In this document: positions 13,650 through 25,859 of the stretch, in pieces
Numbering within the stretch: position 1 is the first letter of the stretch
Layout: every line of letters begins with the position of its first letter
Assembly: GCF_964355755.1 (NCBI RefSeq)
Contig: NC_092676.1
Span: 25,438,871-25,502,870, forward strand
Origin: Antedon mediterranea
Taxonomy: Eukaryota > Animalia > Echinodermata
Length of the DNA stretch: 64,000 nt
Reading direction: 5' to 3'
Position numbers and translations under genes: made by a program
The notes under the pieces: generated by a model
Seen by the model: only the letters and a program-made list of their open reading frames with translations
Told to the model about the DNA's origin: nothing
Database searches by the model: none

Positions 13650-14352
13650 AGCTCTGTCTAAACTATCTAACTATTTTGACATAAAAAGTGCCCAAACATG
13701 GTGGTGATGCTTAAAGATGTATTGTCCCTTGAAACACAAAAAATGAAGGTCAAAATATTCTAAATTTAAATTGGCCATATCAAAGTAATATTAAAGTTAT
13801 TCACTTTAAGTCGAAAAGTCAAGCCAAAAACAACAAGTTTACATAATTAACAGGTAAATTAATTTGATTACATTTCGTCTGAAAAATCACCGCGAGCGAA
13901 AGTAAACAAAGATTTCAAACCACGAGTATGCATTATGCATGATGCTAATTAGGATTGTTTACAACTCGTCACGGTTGAGAAGGTGTTTTCACACAGATCG
14001 GGAAGAAATTTTATGATTATGCATACAGATGAGCCAAACAAGCGCGTTTTGGCATTATGAGATATGTTTTGATCGAAAACTTTGACTGGAAGTTACAGTT
14101 ATTTTTTGAACAAAAAAATGTCTGTATTTCAGTTATATGGTTTTTTTCCCGACTCATTTTTAGTGAAAGTTAATAACTATTATGATACTTCAAAGTGACC
14201 CAGTTTTTTTTAAAATCTTTTTTTAAAATTTTTTTGGAATTAGTCAAAGGGACAATACATCTTTAAATATGGTAGTGATATGACATCATCATATCCATAT
14301 ATGGGTACATCACCTTTTGTTGTCACATAAAGTTTGATAGTGTGGACAGCTT
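13650..14352. mobile_element. Harbinger-type MITE split by a Kolobok-like insertion
   Basis: Left part AGCTCTGTCTAAACTATC (13650-13710) and right part ATGGTAGTGATATGACATC...TTTGATAGTGTGGACAGCT (14267-14352). Confidence 0.8.
13715..14262. mobile_element. Non-autonomous Kolobok-like DNA transposon
   Basis: TTAA on both sides (13711-13714, 14263-14266); TIRs AGATGTATTGTCCCTT/AAGGGACAATACATCT with AG...CT termini. Confidence 0.8.
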
Positions 14353-14971
14353 AAGAGATGAGAACTACACGGACAGCCAGGTAGCAGGTACTTCTGCTGC
14401 AGCTTGACAGTTTAATGCTCAACTTACTTGTGTTGCGCTTGCATTCGCTCTGTTTACGATTTATAAGTACCAGAAATATCGGCAAAAATTGCCAATCAAG
14501 CCTTTTCTTTTGTAACGACGCTACAGCAGTTATGTATTGCTATTTAGCATAGGAATGGTCAATTATGGTAAGGGTCAAATTGTTACTTTGGATTGTAACA
14601 TTCTATCGTATACGGAATACGATCGTTGACAAATGAGATTAAATCAGTCTGCTTTGTACCACTGCCAGTCAGTGAACGTCAGATAGGAATTGGAACTATC
14701 CATCTATAGTAACACTGGTAGATAGGCTGCCGGTTTCCAATAGGAGAATACGATAAGTATATCCACCTTTGTGATTATTAAGATAATACAGTAATACTAA
14801 GGTCAGTTTGTTTTATCGGTGATAGTTAAGACTGGAAATCTACTGTTAAGGTTCTTTTTGCACACCTGTTCTGGCACGGTTCGTTTATACAGTCTCTACA
14901 ACAACAGGTAAGTCTCTGCTTAAATGTACCGTAACTAATTAAAGTTTGGAGCTAGGGCGCATCGTGGGGGT

Positions 14972-16087
14972 CAGTGACGTATCCAGGAATTGCCAATTTG
15001 CCGACAAAATTAGTGTCATTACCTGTATATACACCTGATCAATATATGTTCTAGGATTTCATAGTCATGTTGTCTTATAGGGAACGATGCAGAATTAAAA
15101 CCAATAAACATTATCTGTTTGTATGTGTATTAATTAATTAAAGTTGTATTAATATTACAATAAAGAAAGAATTACGAAATCTAACTTGTAGTTTTTCGAA
15201 ATATAGGGTCTATAGGCGCGGCCTAATATCGTCAAAAATGATCGTTTTTAGCCACGAAAGAAGTAAAACAATTTGCGGCCTCAATCGACAATTAGTATTA
15301 ACTGTGCCATGTTTGGTTAAAATATAATTACATATAATTACGTTTTTTAGTAATTTATTTTATCACCATTGGAAATATCAATAAAACATGTTATTAAATG
15401 CTTATAAAATATATAAAGTTGTTTACTTAACGGAATTCGGAATTCATTGCTCTAACTTTGTGTAGTAACGATCAGAGAGACCATGTGAGTTCATGGTACT
15501 GTACACGCGCGAGAGAAAACATTCCGTAGCGGGTGATGATTGGCATCAACCATGGAGAAATCAGTTCTCCATGCATCAACCAATCAAATCAAATCAGCCA
15601 GAATGCAAATCGTAGGAAAGCTCAGCGTTGATTGGCTTACGATGACATCATATCACAAAATGGTAACTAAAGTTATATCACGGAATATTCTGTTCCAAAA
15701 ATGAAATACATGGATATTTTTTATGGTATGTGTGCTTTTTCTTTAACAAATTTGAATAATATCGAGAAAAAAACATTATTTGGGATTTGGCACTTATAAT
15801 AAATATATATCTTAGAGAAAAAAGCACATGGCATGTGGAACTATATAATCGTAGCGTAGGAAGACATACAAATGCCAAGTCATAAACTGCAAAAACAAGG
15901 TTGAATAGATGTATAAATGAAAATTTAAAAAAAATGATCTGAATGGAATGATATGATATGTAAATAAACAAACACTCGAAAGAATTATGTTTGCAGTTCA
16001 ATTTTTGTCAGAATAATAGTTTATTCTTATAATCAAATCAGAGGGACCCCCCCCCCCCCCCCCCACCCCACCCGTGATACGCCACTG
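14972..16087. mobile_element. CAGTGGCGTA-type non-autonomous element, probably composite
   Basis: Imperfect TIRs CAGTGACGTATC/GATACGCCACTG with a subterminal poly-C tract; no clear TSD. Confidence 0.5.
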
Positions 16088-16231
16088 GTTGTGGGGGGTT
16101 AAGACGTACACGTAACGCGAGCGAGTTGACCAATATAGCGACGGATCTTCGTTTTTATACTTGTTCTTTGATTAAATAGGCCTACTGTTACCCAGATTCA
16201 ACTTTTTAATCGATAATAGCAAAGAATATAT

Positions 16232-18245
16232 CACAAGAATGAGTATTCCGCGATTTTTGCATGAGAAATTTATAACAGAGCTCCAGTGAGTGATGCCCGC
16301 CCTCATAAGGGCGGATGTATACATACTAAATAAGACTTGATTTAATAGACATGATACATGTCACATTAAATAGAATTATGATGATAGTTTTTGCAATTGT
16401 AAACTATTTTATAATACATATTTATTAACAAACTAGTGTTTATTCACTTTTACAAATAATTATTTACTAACATGCTAAGTTAGTTCACAAAAAAGGCCTA
16501 ACACAGCAACACCAAAAATCAACGAATATTACTCAGCACGGCATATTCTTTACCATTGCCGTGTACTACTCTACGCCCGGTAAATTAAGTATTGTTTTTA
16601 TGATATAAATTAGTATAAAACACATGTTATTAATAGGAGAAAATGTTAAATGTCATTAACATTTATTTGTTTTACCAGAAACAAGTTAAATATAGGAATA
16701 TTATTAAACTATCCTTCGTGAAAAACGCGTAAACACCAACACGCCCGGTCGCGATTTTTTTTTTCGTACATAAGCTGGGGACCCCATCATGAAACGTCAC
16801 AAAATAAACATGAATAATTCATCAGTTAAATTTTCTTGTTCCGTGTGCACCCAAGCGTATAGCAACAAGAAGTGATTACACAAGTGCGGTACGATTCTAG
16901 GCCTATCTCCGCTGATTTCATAATAGAATAGCGGAGTTTTGTGTGGATTGTCGAAATAATCAGCCTTTAGTTTATGGTGTTTTTAATATAGTTTATTACT
17001 AAAGAATTACGTGTTAAAATTATAGTTCCTATTGATACTATTAGGCCTAATTACTAGTCTCTAAACCCCTGTATATTCTAGAGTAGTGGGTGTGTGTGAC
17101 TTGTGTCTTTGGGCTATGTCCAATTACTACTTAGTTTAATGTCTTGCCTAGCTGTCGATTAGCCTCGACACATTTTGCATAGTGGACGTGTGACGTGTGT
17201 GAAGAATAGAGTGCGCGAAGGCAATCACGTGAATTGACCTAGAATCCTAGGCCTATTATTGTAGAAAGAATCGTATCGCAGTTGTTGTTCCGTGTGCACC
17301 CAAGCGTTCTTGGACATAGCCCAAAGAAAGCTTAGACCCACAAGAATAAAGAATGTGTATAATTTGTGTACTGTATTTTTTTAATTCTGCTATCAATTAT
17401 CAAACAATATGCAATGTACTCAAAGGAACTTTAAAAATGCGCGTATGAACACATGAGATGGGAAGATTTGACCCACGAGAATAAAAAATGTATTTTTGTG
17501 TAATGTTTATTGTTTAATTTTGCTGACTTATTACTCGGATTGTGTCATACCAAAGATAGTGTAACTAACTATCTTTGGTCATACCTAACACACACACACG
17601 TCACACACATCCACACAGCTACTAAAGAATAGACATGGGTTTAGAGACTAATAATTAGGCCTAATAGTATTAATAGAAACTATAATTTTAACACGTAATT
17701 CTTTAGTAATAAATTATATTAAAAACACCATAAACTAAAGGCCGATTATTTCGACAATCCACACAAAACGCCGCTATTCTTCAACAGCGGAGATAGGCCT
17801 AGAATCGTACCGCACTTGTGTAATCACTTCTTGTTGCTATACGCTTGGGTGCACACGGAACAAGAAAATTTAACTGATGAATTATTCATGTTTATTTTGT
17901 GACGTTTCATGAGGGGGTCCCCAACTTATGTACGAAAAAAAAAATCGCCGCCCGGTCACGCTATCGTAGCGCCCGGTTGATAAAGCAAACTGTTTATACG
18001 GCAGTTTTTACTAAATAAATTGCATAAAACGATCAATTAAATATCCAAATAGTATTTAACATGATGTTGGCATGTAGTTGATAACATTTTTTATCATGAA
18101 AATACTACCGGTGGTCTAGCCTTTGATTATTGAAACCGTCACCAAAAGTTGTATACATCCCAGATACATCCACACTTATGGCGGCGCCCTACCACATTGA
18201 CAATATTACTGTTACAGGGAAAATCGCGGATTACTCATTCTTGTG
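16232..18245. mobile_element. ~2-kb non-autonomous DNA transposon containing a ~1.2-kb internal foldback
   Basis: TIRs CACAAGAATGAGTATTCCGCGATTTT/AAAATCGCGGATTACTCATTCTTGTG in a TA-rich context; inner inverted arms at ~16751-17105 and ~17590-17948. Confidence 0.8.
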
Positions 18246-18376
18246 ATATATATTATATTCTTTGATAATAGTAAGCGGAGAGCTCTTTATTTAATTTTTT
18301 TTACCAATAACAATGATCGGTGTATATTCGTTTTAACTTCTGTAAAGTAATTGTAACCTTTATTCTTTCAGCCACA

Positions 18377-19883
18377 ATGTCCATAACACCGAAAATAATA
18401 TTCAGAGAAGGAACAGAAAAAGATAGCAATTTGATTTTTAACAAAATTAAAGATCTTGCTAGGTTTTTGGATAATGAACACATGGTTACATTATCTGAGA
18501 AAGGTAAGCCTGATTTTGATAGATAGATGAATAAAATTTTTAAACTCTTCATACGGCAAATTTACATGACGATTCTTGTTATAAATGCTCATGCTAATAT
18601 TTTTTTTATTTTCTTCAAAAATCTTTTTGAAGACTTTGCTAAAGAATGTAAAAGTGAAAACAAGTTTATAAACTTGTTGATAGCTGAAACTGACGAAGAA
18701 GACTCCAAATTTGTTGGATTTTCATTATACTTTCCAGTTTTTAATTCGTATCATGGAAAACGGTTGTTTATGGAGGATTTATTTATAGATGAGCAATACA
18801 GAGGTAAAGGCTTAAAATATACTGTATATTTAAATTGCCATGTTTTTTAGGACAATTATAGTATTAACTACTATAACAGCACTTTTTAAATATTTTATAA
18901 AATGGAATAGGTCTACAATTACAGTATTAATCAATTGGTGCGTAGCGTAAAGCTCTTTCTACACTATCAAACTACTTTGACAAAAAAAAGTGTGATGTGC
19001 CCAAGTATGGGTAGTGATATGCCCAAATATGGTAGTGATATTACATCAACATGTTGCATATATGGGCACATTACATTTTTTTGTCAAATACAATTTGAGT
19101 TTGTACAGACATTTAACTTTCTCGCAACATCTCAAGCTCTAAATGATAAACATTGTACACCTGAAATATTTGATTTCATTTAAAAATTTTAGGCCATGGG
19201 TTTGGAAAATCATTTTTGCAAGAACTGTCAAAGGCAAGTTTACCTTTACTATGATGTTTAACAGAATGTATAGGTTTTGGTCTATGAAAGATGCTTTTTA
19301 AAATCCAGGACGTACATTCAGTAATTCCATTTAACTGATTTGATAAATAAAGCCTCAGTTTTTAGTTCAACAAGTAACTAGCTCTGTCTTCACTATCAAA
19401 CATTATGTCAACAAAATGCCATGTGTCCATATATGGACACGATGACGTCATATTTGGGCACGTCACACTTTTTTTCCGAATAAAGTTTGATAGTGTAGAC
19501 AGAGCTTTAAACCTCGAAAAAAAGCTCATTAGCCTTCTTCTTCTAGGACTCTTGGGTGGGCTTATTTTTTTAAGACTCTTGGGTGGGCTTCTTGTTTTAG
19601 GACTCTTGGGTGGGCTTCTTTTCGAGATTACTTTTGTAAACCACTTTTTGAAGGCTTTACGGTACACTATCTAGACTTAAGTCTAACTTAGTGCTATTTG
19701 TTTACTTTCTAGATTGGTGTACAAAATGGATGTGGCGGCATGGAATGGGTAAATCATCCAAAAAACAACAGAGCTGTTAAATTCTACACGTCACTTGGTG
19801 CTGTTAATCTGACTGAAACAGAACAATGGCAGTCGTATTATTTTCCTAAAGATGTGTTTATGAAACTTGCAAATGCCAACTAA
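18377..19883 (+). CDS. SAT1/SAT2-like GNAT acetyltransferase, copy C
   Basis: Exons 18377-18503, 18633-18803, 19193-19233 (GC donor), 19713-19883; GKRLFMEDLFIDEQYRGHGFGK and AVKFYTSLGA. A probable non-coding first exon ends at 14907 (GTAAGTCTCTGCT, same as copy B). Confidence 0.9.
18951..19116. mobile_element. Harbinger-type MITE copy
   Basis: AGCTCTTTCTACACTATCAAACT left TIR, family internal repeats and a decayed right TIR. Confidence 0.75.
19380..19506. mobile_element. Harbinger-type MITE copy
   Basis: AGCTCTGTCTTCACTATCAAAC...GTTTGATAGTGTAGACAGAGCT. Confidence 0.85.
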
Positions 19884-20294
19884 AAATGTTCAGAGAATAT
19901 TGCATCATCAATTGGCACATTTGAAAATGTATAGCAGCGGCCTGGGCCTTTTTTATGACAGTAGTAGCCTGTCCAATAGCAGTAACTTGGCCCACGACAG
20001 TAGCCTTCCCAATAGCAGTAGCCTGCAAAAAGTGTGTTCGGCAACACCATTTATTGCACAGAATTATCATTATCATTTAGAAATTAGTAATGCTTGCTAA
20101 AGTACAACACTGTAAATTACACTCATACATATTTACATTAGGTTGGGTACTACTATTTTTGTAAGTAGACTATTAAATATAATTTATCAATCTACCAGAG
20201 ACCATAATAAAAACAAAATTCAAGCAAAACTTTGTCAATCGGATACTTTATTCAATCCATCATGAATGTACATAATAAAGTTACTATCATTTGT

Positions 20295-22395
20295 TTAAAA
20301 CTTCTGGAATTGTTTCTTAGTGGAGCCAGGAGCTTTGTTCACCTTAAGGACGTTGAATCTTACAGTCTTGCTGAGTGGTCTGCACTCGCCAACAGTTACG
20401 AAATCACCAAGTTTCACATCTCTGAAATAGAACATTGAATGGCACAGTTAACAGCCTATCTTGTAGTTTGCAATGTTGATCTTATCTCAGAATTTCTGTG
20501 ATTTAAAATTGTTAACAAAACGCATACCTTTACAATTACATTAATCAAGTGTGTAAGGACTTTTTAATCACTGTACCGTATTTATTAATTTATTAAAGAC
20601 CCCACTTTGAATAAACACCCTGCCCCACTTTGAATAAACACCCTGCCCCACTTTGAATAAACACCCTGCCCCACTTTGAATAAACACCCTGCCCCACTTT
20701 CATTAAAAACCGCCCGCCCCCTTTGAATAAACACCTCCCTTGGAAAAAATCCAGGATAATTCTTCAATATGTCTACAAATAATTTTTACTTTTTGGGGAA
20801 AATTTGTTGTGTATGGGCATCATTCAGGTTTTCAATGGTAGTATTTTTTAGATTTGTGCATCAGAAAAATCTGTATGATATCATCATTATAAATTATAAG
20901 AAGACCATCGTGAGAAACATCATTTGCACGAAAACACACCACCCCACTTTGAATAAACACCGCCCCACTTTAAATAAACACCTCCCTCGAAAAAATCCTC
21001 ATGAACAATAAATAATGTATTTCATATAAATTATTGTTAGGAAAACAGCCCAGTACTAAATGAATTGTGACCCACCTAAAGCAAGGAGACAGATGTACAG
21101 ACAGGTTCTTGTGTCTCTTTTCAAAACGGTTATATTTCTTGATGTAGTGAAGATAGTCACGTCGGATTACAATTGTTTTGTCCATCTTCATTTTGACAAC
21201 TGATCCATTGAGGATTCGGCCTCGGATGTGAACATTACCGGTGAACGGACACTTCTTATCAATGTAAGTTCCCTCCTTTGCCTAAACCAAAACATTTGTA
21301 TAAATTAATTAAAATGTAATAAAGACATTTGTTTAATATAACATACAATAATTGTAGTTTTATATTATAGTGCCTAATACAATGTTTTTTGTAAGCATTT
21401 TACACACAAGATGGTTTCCATAATGGACAATAGAATATTACATACAACAATTTTACAATTATTAATCAATTAAAATCCAGTATTAATTTTTGTTGTTGAA
21501 AGGAGTAGCATTCAAAACAACATTTTGGAGAAAATTGGTACGTTGCTGTTGTGTGTGGGCATCATTAAAGTTTTCAATGGTAGTATTGGTAGAGATTTGT
21601 GCATCAGAAAAATCTGTATGATATCATCATTAGAAATTATAAGAAGACCATCGTGAGAAACATCATTTGCACGAAAACACTACTGCACCCTGTTCTGAGT
21701 TAATAAAAGCAATCTGGAAAGCAAACATCAGACAATTGGAAATTGCATAACCTACATAACAAAATAGATGCTTACCTCAACTGGCGTTTTGAAACCCAGA
21801 CCGACATTTCTGACCAGACGTTGTTTTTTAACTTTTGCGCCTAAAACACGCTTTCGGTTCTGGAACACGGTTGGTTGCTTCTGAAAAGCTTTCTCGTTCT
21901 GTTAAAAATAATGAATTTGAACCATCAATCAAATTTTAAAAAGTTAATTTATGCAATAATATATATACTAAAAATAAATCTGCCTAGGCCTGTACAGTAG
22001 GCTAGGCTAGAAGAATAAAAGATGATTAGGCTATTTTAGTCATTCTAACTATTATGTGCATTAATACACAGTAACTACTAATCTAATATACACTAGGCCT
22101 AGCTAGGCATGGCAAATGAATGCCATGTTGCAATACAGCCCACCGCACGCAACAAGGCAGCGGCCGAATTCACCAACTAAAGTAACAGCCACCGACTCTC
22201 GTCACGTGTAAATTAGTTCCGTGTTTTGGCGCTCATTTAAACCACTTATTTATAAATTAAATAATCTAAATTTATATAATCATATATCTATAGTGATTCA
22301 GTTTTAATTTACTCTACTACCGATATTCGTATTTACTAACGAAATCACAAAATAATCAAGTTTATTTTAGAAAATTATTTTACCTGGTCAGCCAT
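20295..22395 (-). CDS. RPS11: 40S ribosomal protein S11 (uS17), 4 exons
   Basis: Exons 22384-22395, 21776-21898, 21076-21281, 20295-20421. Translation includes [70 protein letters not shown] and KKQFQKF. Confidence 0.98.
20600..20737. repeat. 22-bp tandem repeat CCCCACTTTGAATAAACACCCTG, MITE-derived; more copies at ~20937-20990
   Basis: About 5-6 direct copies following TACCGTATTTATT. Confidence 0.8.
20856..20929 (-). ncRNA. SNORD35: Box C/D snoRNA U35/SNORD35-like, in RPS11 intron 3
   Basis: Minus strand GTGCA-AATGATGT (box C)-TTCTCACGATGGTCTTC...AATGATGA (C')...CTGA (box D)-TGCAC, with a 5-bp terminal stem. The guide TCTCACGATGGTCT matches my recollection of the U35 antisense element; vertebrate SNORD35B is hosted by RPS11. 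Confidence 0.85.
21599..21672 (-). ncRNA. SNORD35: Box C/D snoRNA U35/SNORD35-like, second copy, in RPS11 intron 2
   Basis: Nearly identical to the copy at 20856-20929, with the same boxes, guide and terminal stem. Confidence 0.85.
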
Positions 22396-22481
22396 CTTGA
22401 AGCTTGGCAAAGAAAAAGAACGAGAAAAAGAATGAGGGCGCCCTTTATCATTTTTTTTTTCACGCGAAACAAAAAATAAAA
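22396..22481. promoter_or_regulatory. Very compact divergent promoter/5'UTR region shared by RPS11 and RIC3, with a TOP/TCT pyrimidine tract
   Basis: 86 bp between the two ATGs; the minus strand reads CTCATTCTTTTTCTCGTTCTTTTTCTTTGCC just upstream of the RPS11 ATG. Confidence 0.7.
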
Positions 22482-25174
22482 ATGGCGATACAACACACTG
22501 CTGCGTTTGTTTTTGTTATTATAATTGGATGTAATTTAGTGTTGTACCCATCTTTATTTAGTAAATTATTTCGACAATGGTTTGGAGGTCCAGATACGAA
22601 ACAAAACACGCAAAATTCATTAGAAGGTGAGTATTCCATGTAGGTTTTTGGGGCAGCATTAATGAGTAGGCTCTAGTAGGCTAGGCCTAGGCCCTAGCTA
22701 GAGACTTTAGGGTGTGTGGGGTGGTAATGGTAGGCAGTGTCGATGGTGGAGGAGAGAGATAGTTTATAGGCCTAGCTAACGAGTTAGGAGCATATGCTGA
22801 ATTATTTATAGCATGCCGTATCAAAATGCATTTCGTCAGTCCTAGTCTTAAAAAAGTTATTTATTTTGTTTCGGTTCTCAAATTCATCAATCCCAAAATA
22901 TAGCCTATTTTTTGTATATTTTTAATCTTATTTATAATATTATTAACAAAAACTTTTTTTACCTAGATATTCCCCCTCAAATGCGAGGGCGCCCGCCATT
23001 CCAAGGCCCAGCTAGTGCCCATCGACAAAGTAAGTTTTCACATTACAATTGATATTTTAGTCTCCTAGGCCTTTATTGGCTTTGCAAAAAATTACCACAC
23101 ATGCTAATTTTTAAAATCGACATTGTTTAATTTAATAATTTCAGATTCTATGCCAGAGCGTGCTACCTTTGGTCCTGGTAAGGTGCAGGAACCAGGCTAC
23201 AAGGGTGTAATGGGCACTATTTTACCAGTCTATGCTGTTGGTATTATGGTTTACTTTGTGTTTGTCATTTATAAGGTGGGTTTTTTTTAATCAAATAGTA
23301 GTTTCTGAATTTGTTTATATCACACATTCTAATAATAATTATATCTAAAAACAATAACCGGTTGTATTTAAACTGTTAAGATGAGTGTTACTTTTTTATT
23401 TGTCAGGTTCAAAGCCCTTTCAAATTCTTTATTTGTTGGTACTAGCAGTCTATAAATTATAAATGTAATTACAATTGTAATTGTAAATGAATAAAATGTA
23501 TTCTACCAATCTGCTTTTTTTGAAGGTTTTCTTGAAAGAAAAACCGTCTAAAAATCCTCTGACAGGAAGACAAAAACGAGATGCACACAATCCCACCAGT
23601 GTGGATCGGAGACTACGTGAGGAAGAAGAGATCTTGCAGAAACGTCTGTCGGAGGAGCTACGAAAACATGGGTATGGCGTGAAACCAACCTCCACAACAA
23701 CAGGTGCCAATTTAGAAAGGGCTGCAGCAGCAGCTAAGTCTAATTGTAAGCAAATAACAAACAAATTTAAATTCATAATGGTCCTTAGTTTTAAACTGGA
23801 ACCTATGTCTTGTAGTGTCTATTATAGGCCTTTTTTTTTGAAAACGGAATACATCCAATGCTGTACAGGGAAGCGTATCAGAAATAACATAGCGTTTTCT
23901 GGGGATTTCAGGACACCAAGTTAAATAAAAAACCATAACTTCTTAACGTAAGGTTGTATGTGAAATCAAATTACTGTAAAATATTCTTAGAAGATACGTT
24001 ACTGAATGATTAAAAAAAATTAGAAAAATGTTCTTGATCACCTAAAATCCAATGAAAAAAAGACACAGTATTAAAGCATAGGCACATTGTGACTGGTGCA
24101 GTCATGGTGCCTATGCTTATACACTGTGTTTTACTTATCGTATTTTACTCCATGTTGTATTTCTTTGTTTCAAGCGGAGGCAGAAGTAGCGGTGTTACAA
24201 AGTAGATTAGAACAAACAGAGAGGACTATGGCCAAGATGATGGAAATGATGACCACTATGGGAATATCAATGTCTTCTGAAATGTTCGGTAAGCTAAAAA
24301 CAATCCAGAAATAAACCATGTGCTGTATTCACAGAATGTATATTCTTGTATAAGCCTGGTGGTGTATAAATGGGCCCTACCATTATTAGAATACAATGGC
24401 CTTTACTGATATGCCGTTTATTCTAGCTCAAGGAAGTCGAGAATATTAGATACTCTGTTTATGGCATGATAAAATTCAAAACTTAGCATACTACATTTAA
24501 AATGATTCAGTACTTAAAGCGCTGCCAAGTTATGTTTTTGCAAGGCAATCTAACAACAGGATACTGAGCTCCATAGATCAAAGGGTTTATCTGTGGCTGC
24601 GACATGATCAGTTTCACGCCCCTTAACAAATGCTGCAGCAGAGAATTATCTACATAGTACAGTACTGTTGGTATTTGTCGCAGTCAGACATAAGATCAAA
24701 GGACTGTTATGAGTTCCTATCTTGGCAAGGCAAGCTTTAGTATCTATAGATTGTCCCTCAATCTGCTTCCTCTCTCTAAAACCCCCCAAGACATTCTTAT
24801 GTATTCTTTTATGAAATATAGATCCCCTAAAACAATCTTAACTATGCATCAAATGTGTGTATAATTGTTTTTCAAATTTCTTAGAAAATAATGAAGAAAA
24901 ATCTGAAAATGCACAAGATGATGCAGATGAATATATTGATGAAGATATGGAGGAAGAAAGCGACTCACAAATTGAATGTAGCGACAACTGTGCATCAAGC
25001 GAAGAAGAAGAAGAATATGATCATGAGGACGAGGTAGATGAAGAAATTGACGAAGATAGTTGTAGTGAATCTGAACCTGAAGAAGTTGAAAACATAGGGA
25101 CAGTTGAAACGATTGAGGATGATGAAGGGACAGTAAGAAGAAGGAAAAACGTAACAACGGAACAACAAGATTAA
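22482..25174 (+). CDS. RIC3: RIC-3-like nicotinic acetylcholine receptor chaperone, 6 exons
   Basis: Exons 22482-22626, 22967-23029, 23145-23275, 23526-23745, 24175-24288, 24885-25174. Hydrophobic N-terminus with LYP, Pro-rich linker, second TM MGTILPVYAVGIMVYFVFVIYK, coiled coil LQSRLEQTERTMAKMM and an acidic tail ending VRRRK. Confidence 0.88.
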
Positions 25175-25859
25175 TCTGTGAATATATATCTCCAACACTG
25201 ACCAAATGTGGTACAAAATATTATTAGTAATACTATAGTATTATAACAATACGGGAATAATATTTGCAATATTTCGTGTGGTTCCTTAGGTTTTTCAAAA
25301 AATGTATACAGTACATCGATACATCAACAAAAGTAAATCAAAAAGCAGCGAGTATAACAATTGTTGTTTGGAGATGCTGCACAAAATTATGTTTATATTG
25401 GCCTATGGTAAATGATATTCACATTAATGTAACTTTTAAATTTAACCATTTTAAACGACGAAATTGATTTTAGCTACAGTAGGTACTGTATGTAAGTTAA
25501 AGATACGCCATCGAAATTGCAATATTTTGAATTATTTCAATTTTAACATTTTAATTTAATTATTTATGAAATAAGTTATTATAATACTGTGTGCAACAAA
25601 ATGAAGTATTAATTAAATAAAGCACGATTACATAGTGGCACAGAAGATAAAAAAAATAAGTGATATATAAACATAATTTTAGCATGTTTATACATAACAT
25701 AAGATAACTGAAAATTTATCTCATTTAAATTATAGTATAGTAACCAAAAATTGATGTAGTGTTCTCTATTCAATTGTATTTACCTAGTCATTTATATAAG
25801 TCAGGGCTGTATTTGCAGGCCAAGTAGCCTGCAGGGTCAAGTGGCCTGCAGAGTCTCCT

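Noticed and set aside
19362-19674. SPPK-repeat, histone-H1-like ORF
   Set aside because: It derives from a 27-bp GACTCTTGGGTGGGCTT triplication plus a MITE inside a SAT intron.
20487-20575. Third C/D snoRNA in RPS11 intron 3 (GTGATTA...CTGA on the minus strand)
   Set aside because: Box C is imperfect, there is no terminal stem and I could not recognise an rRNA guide.
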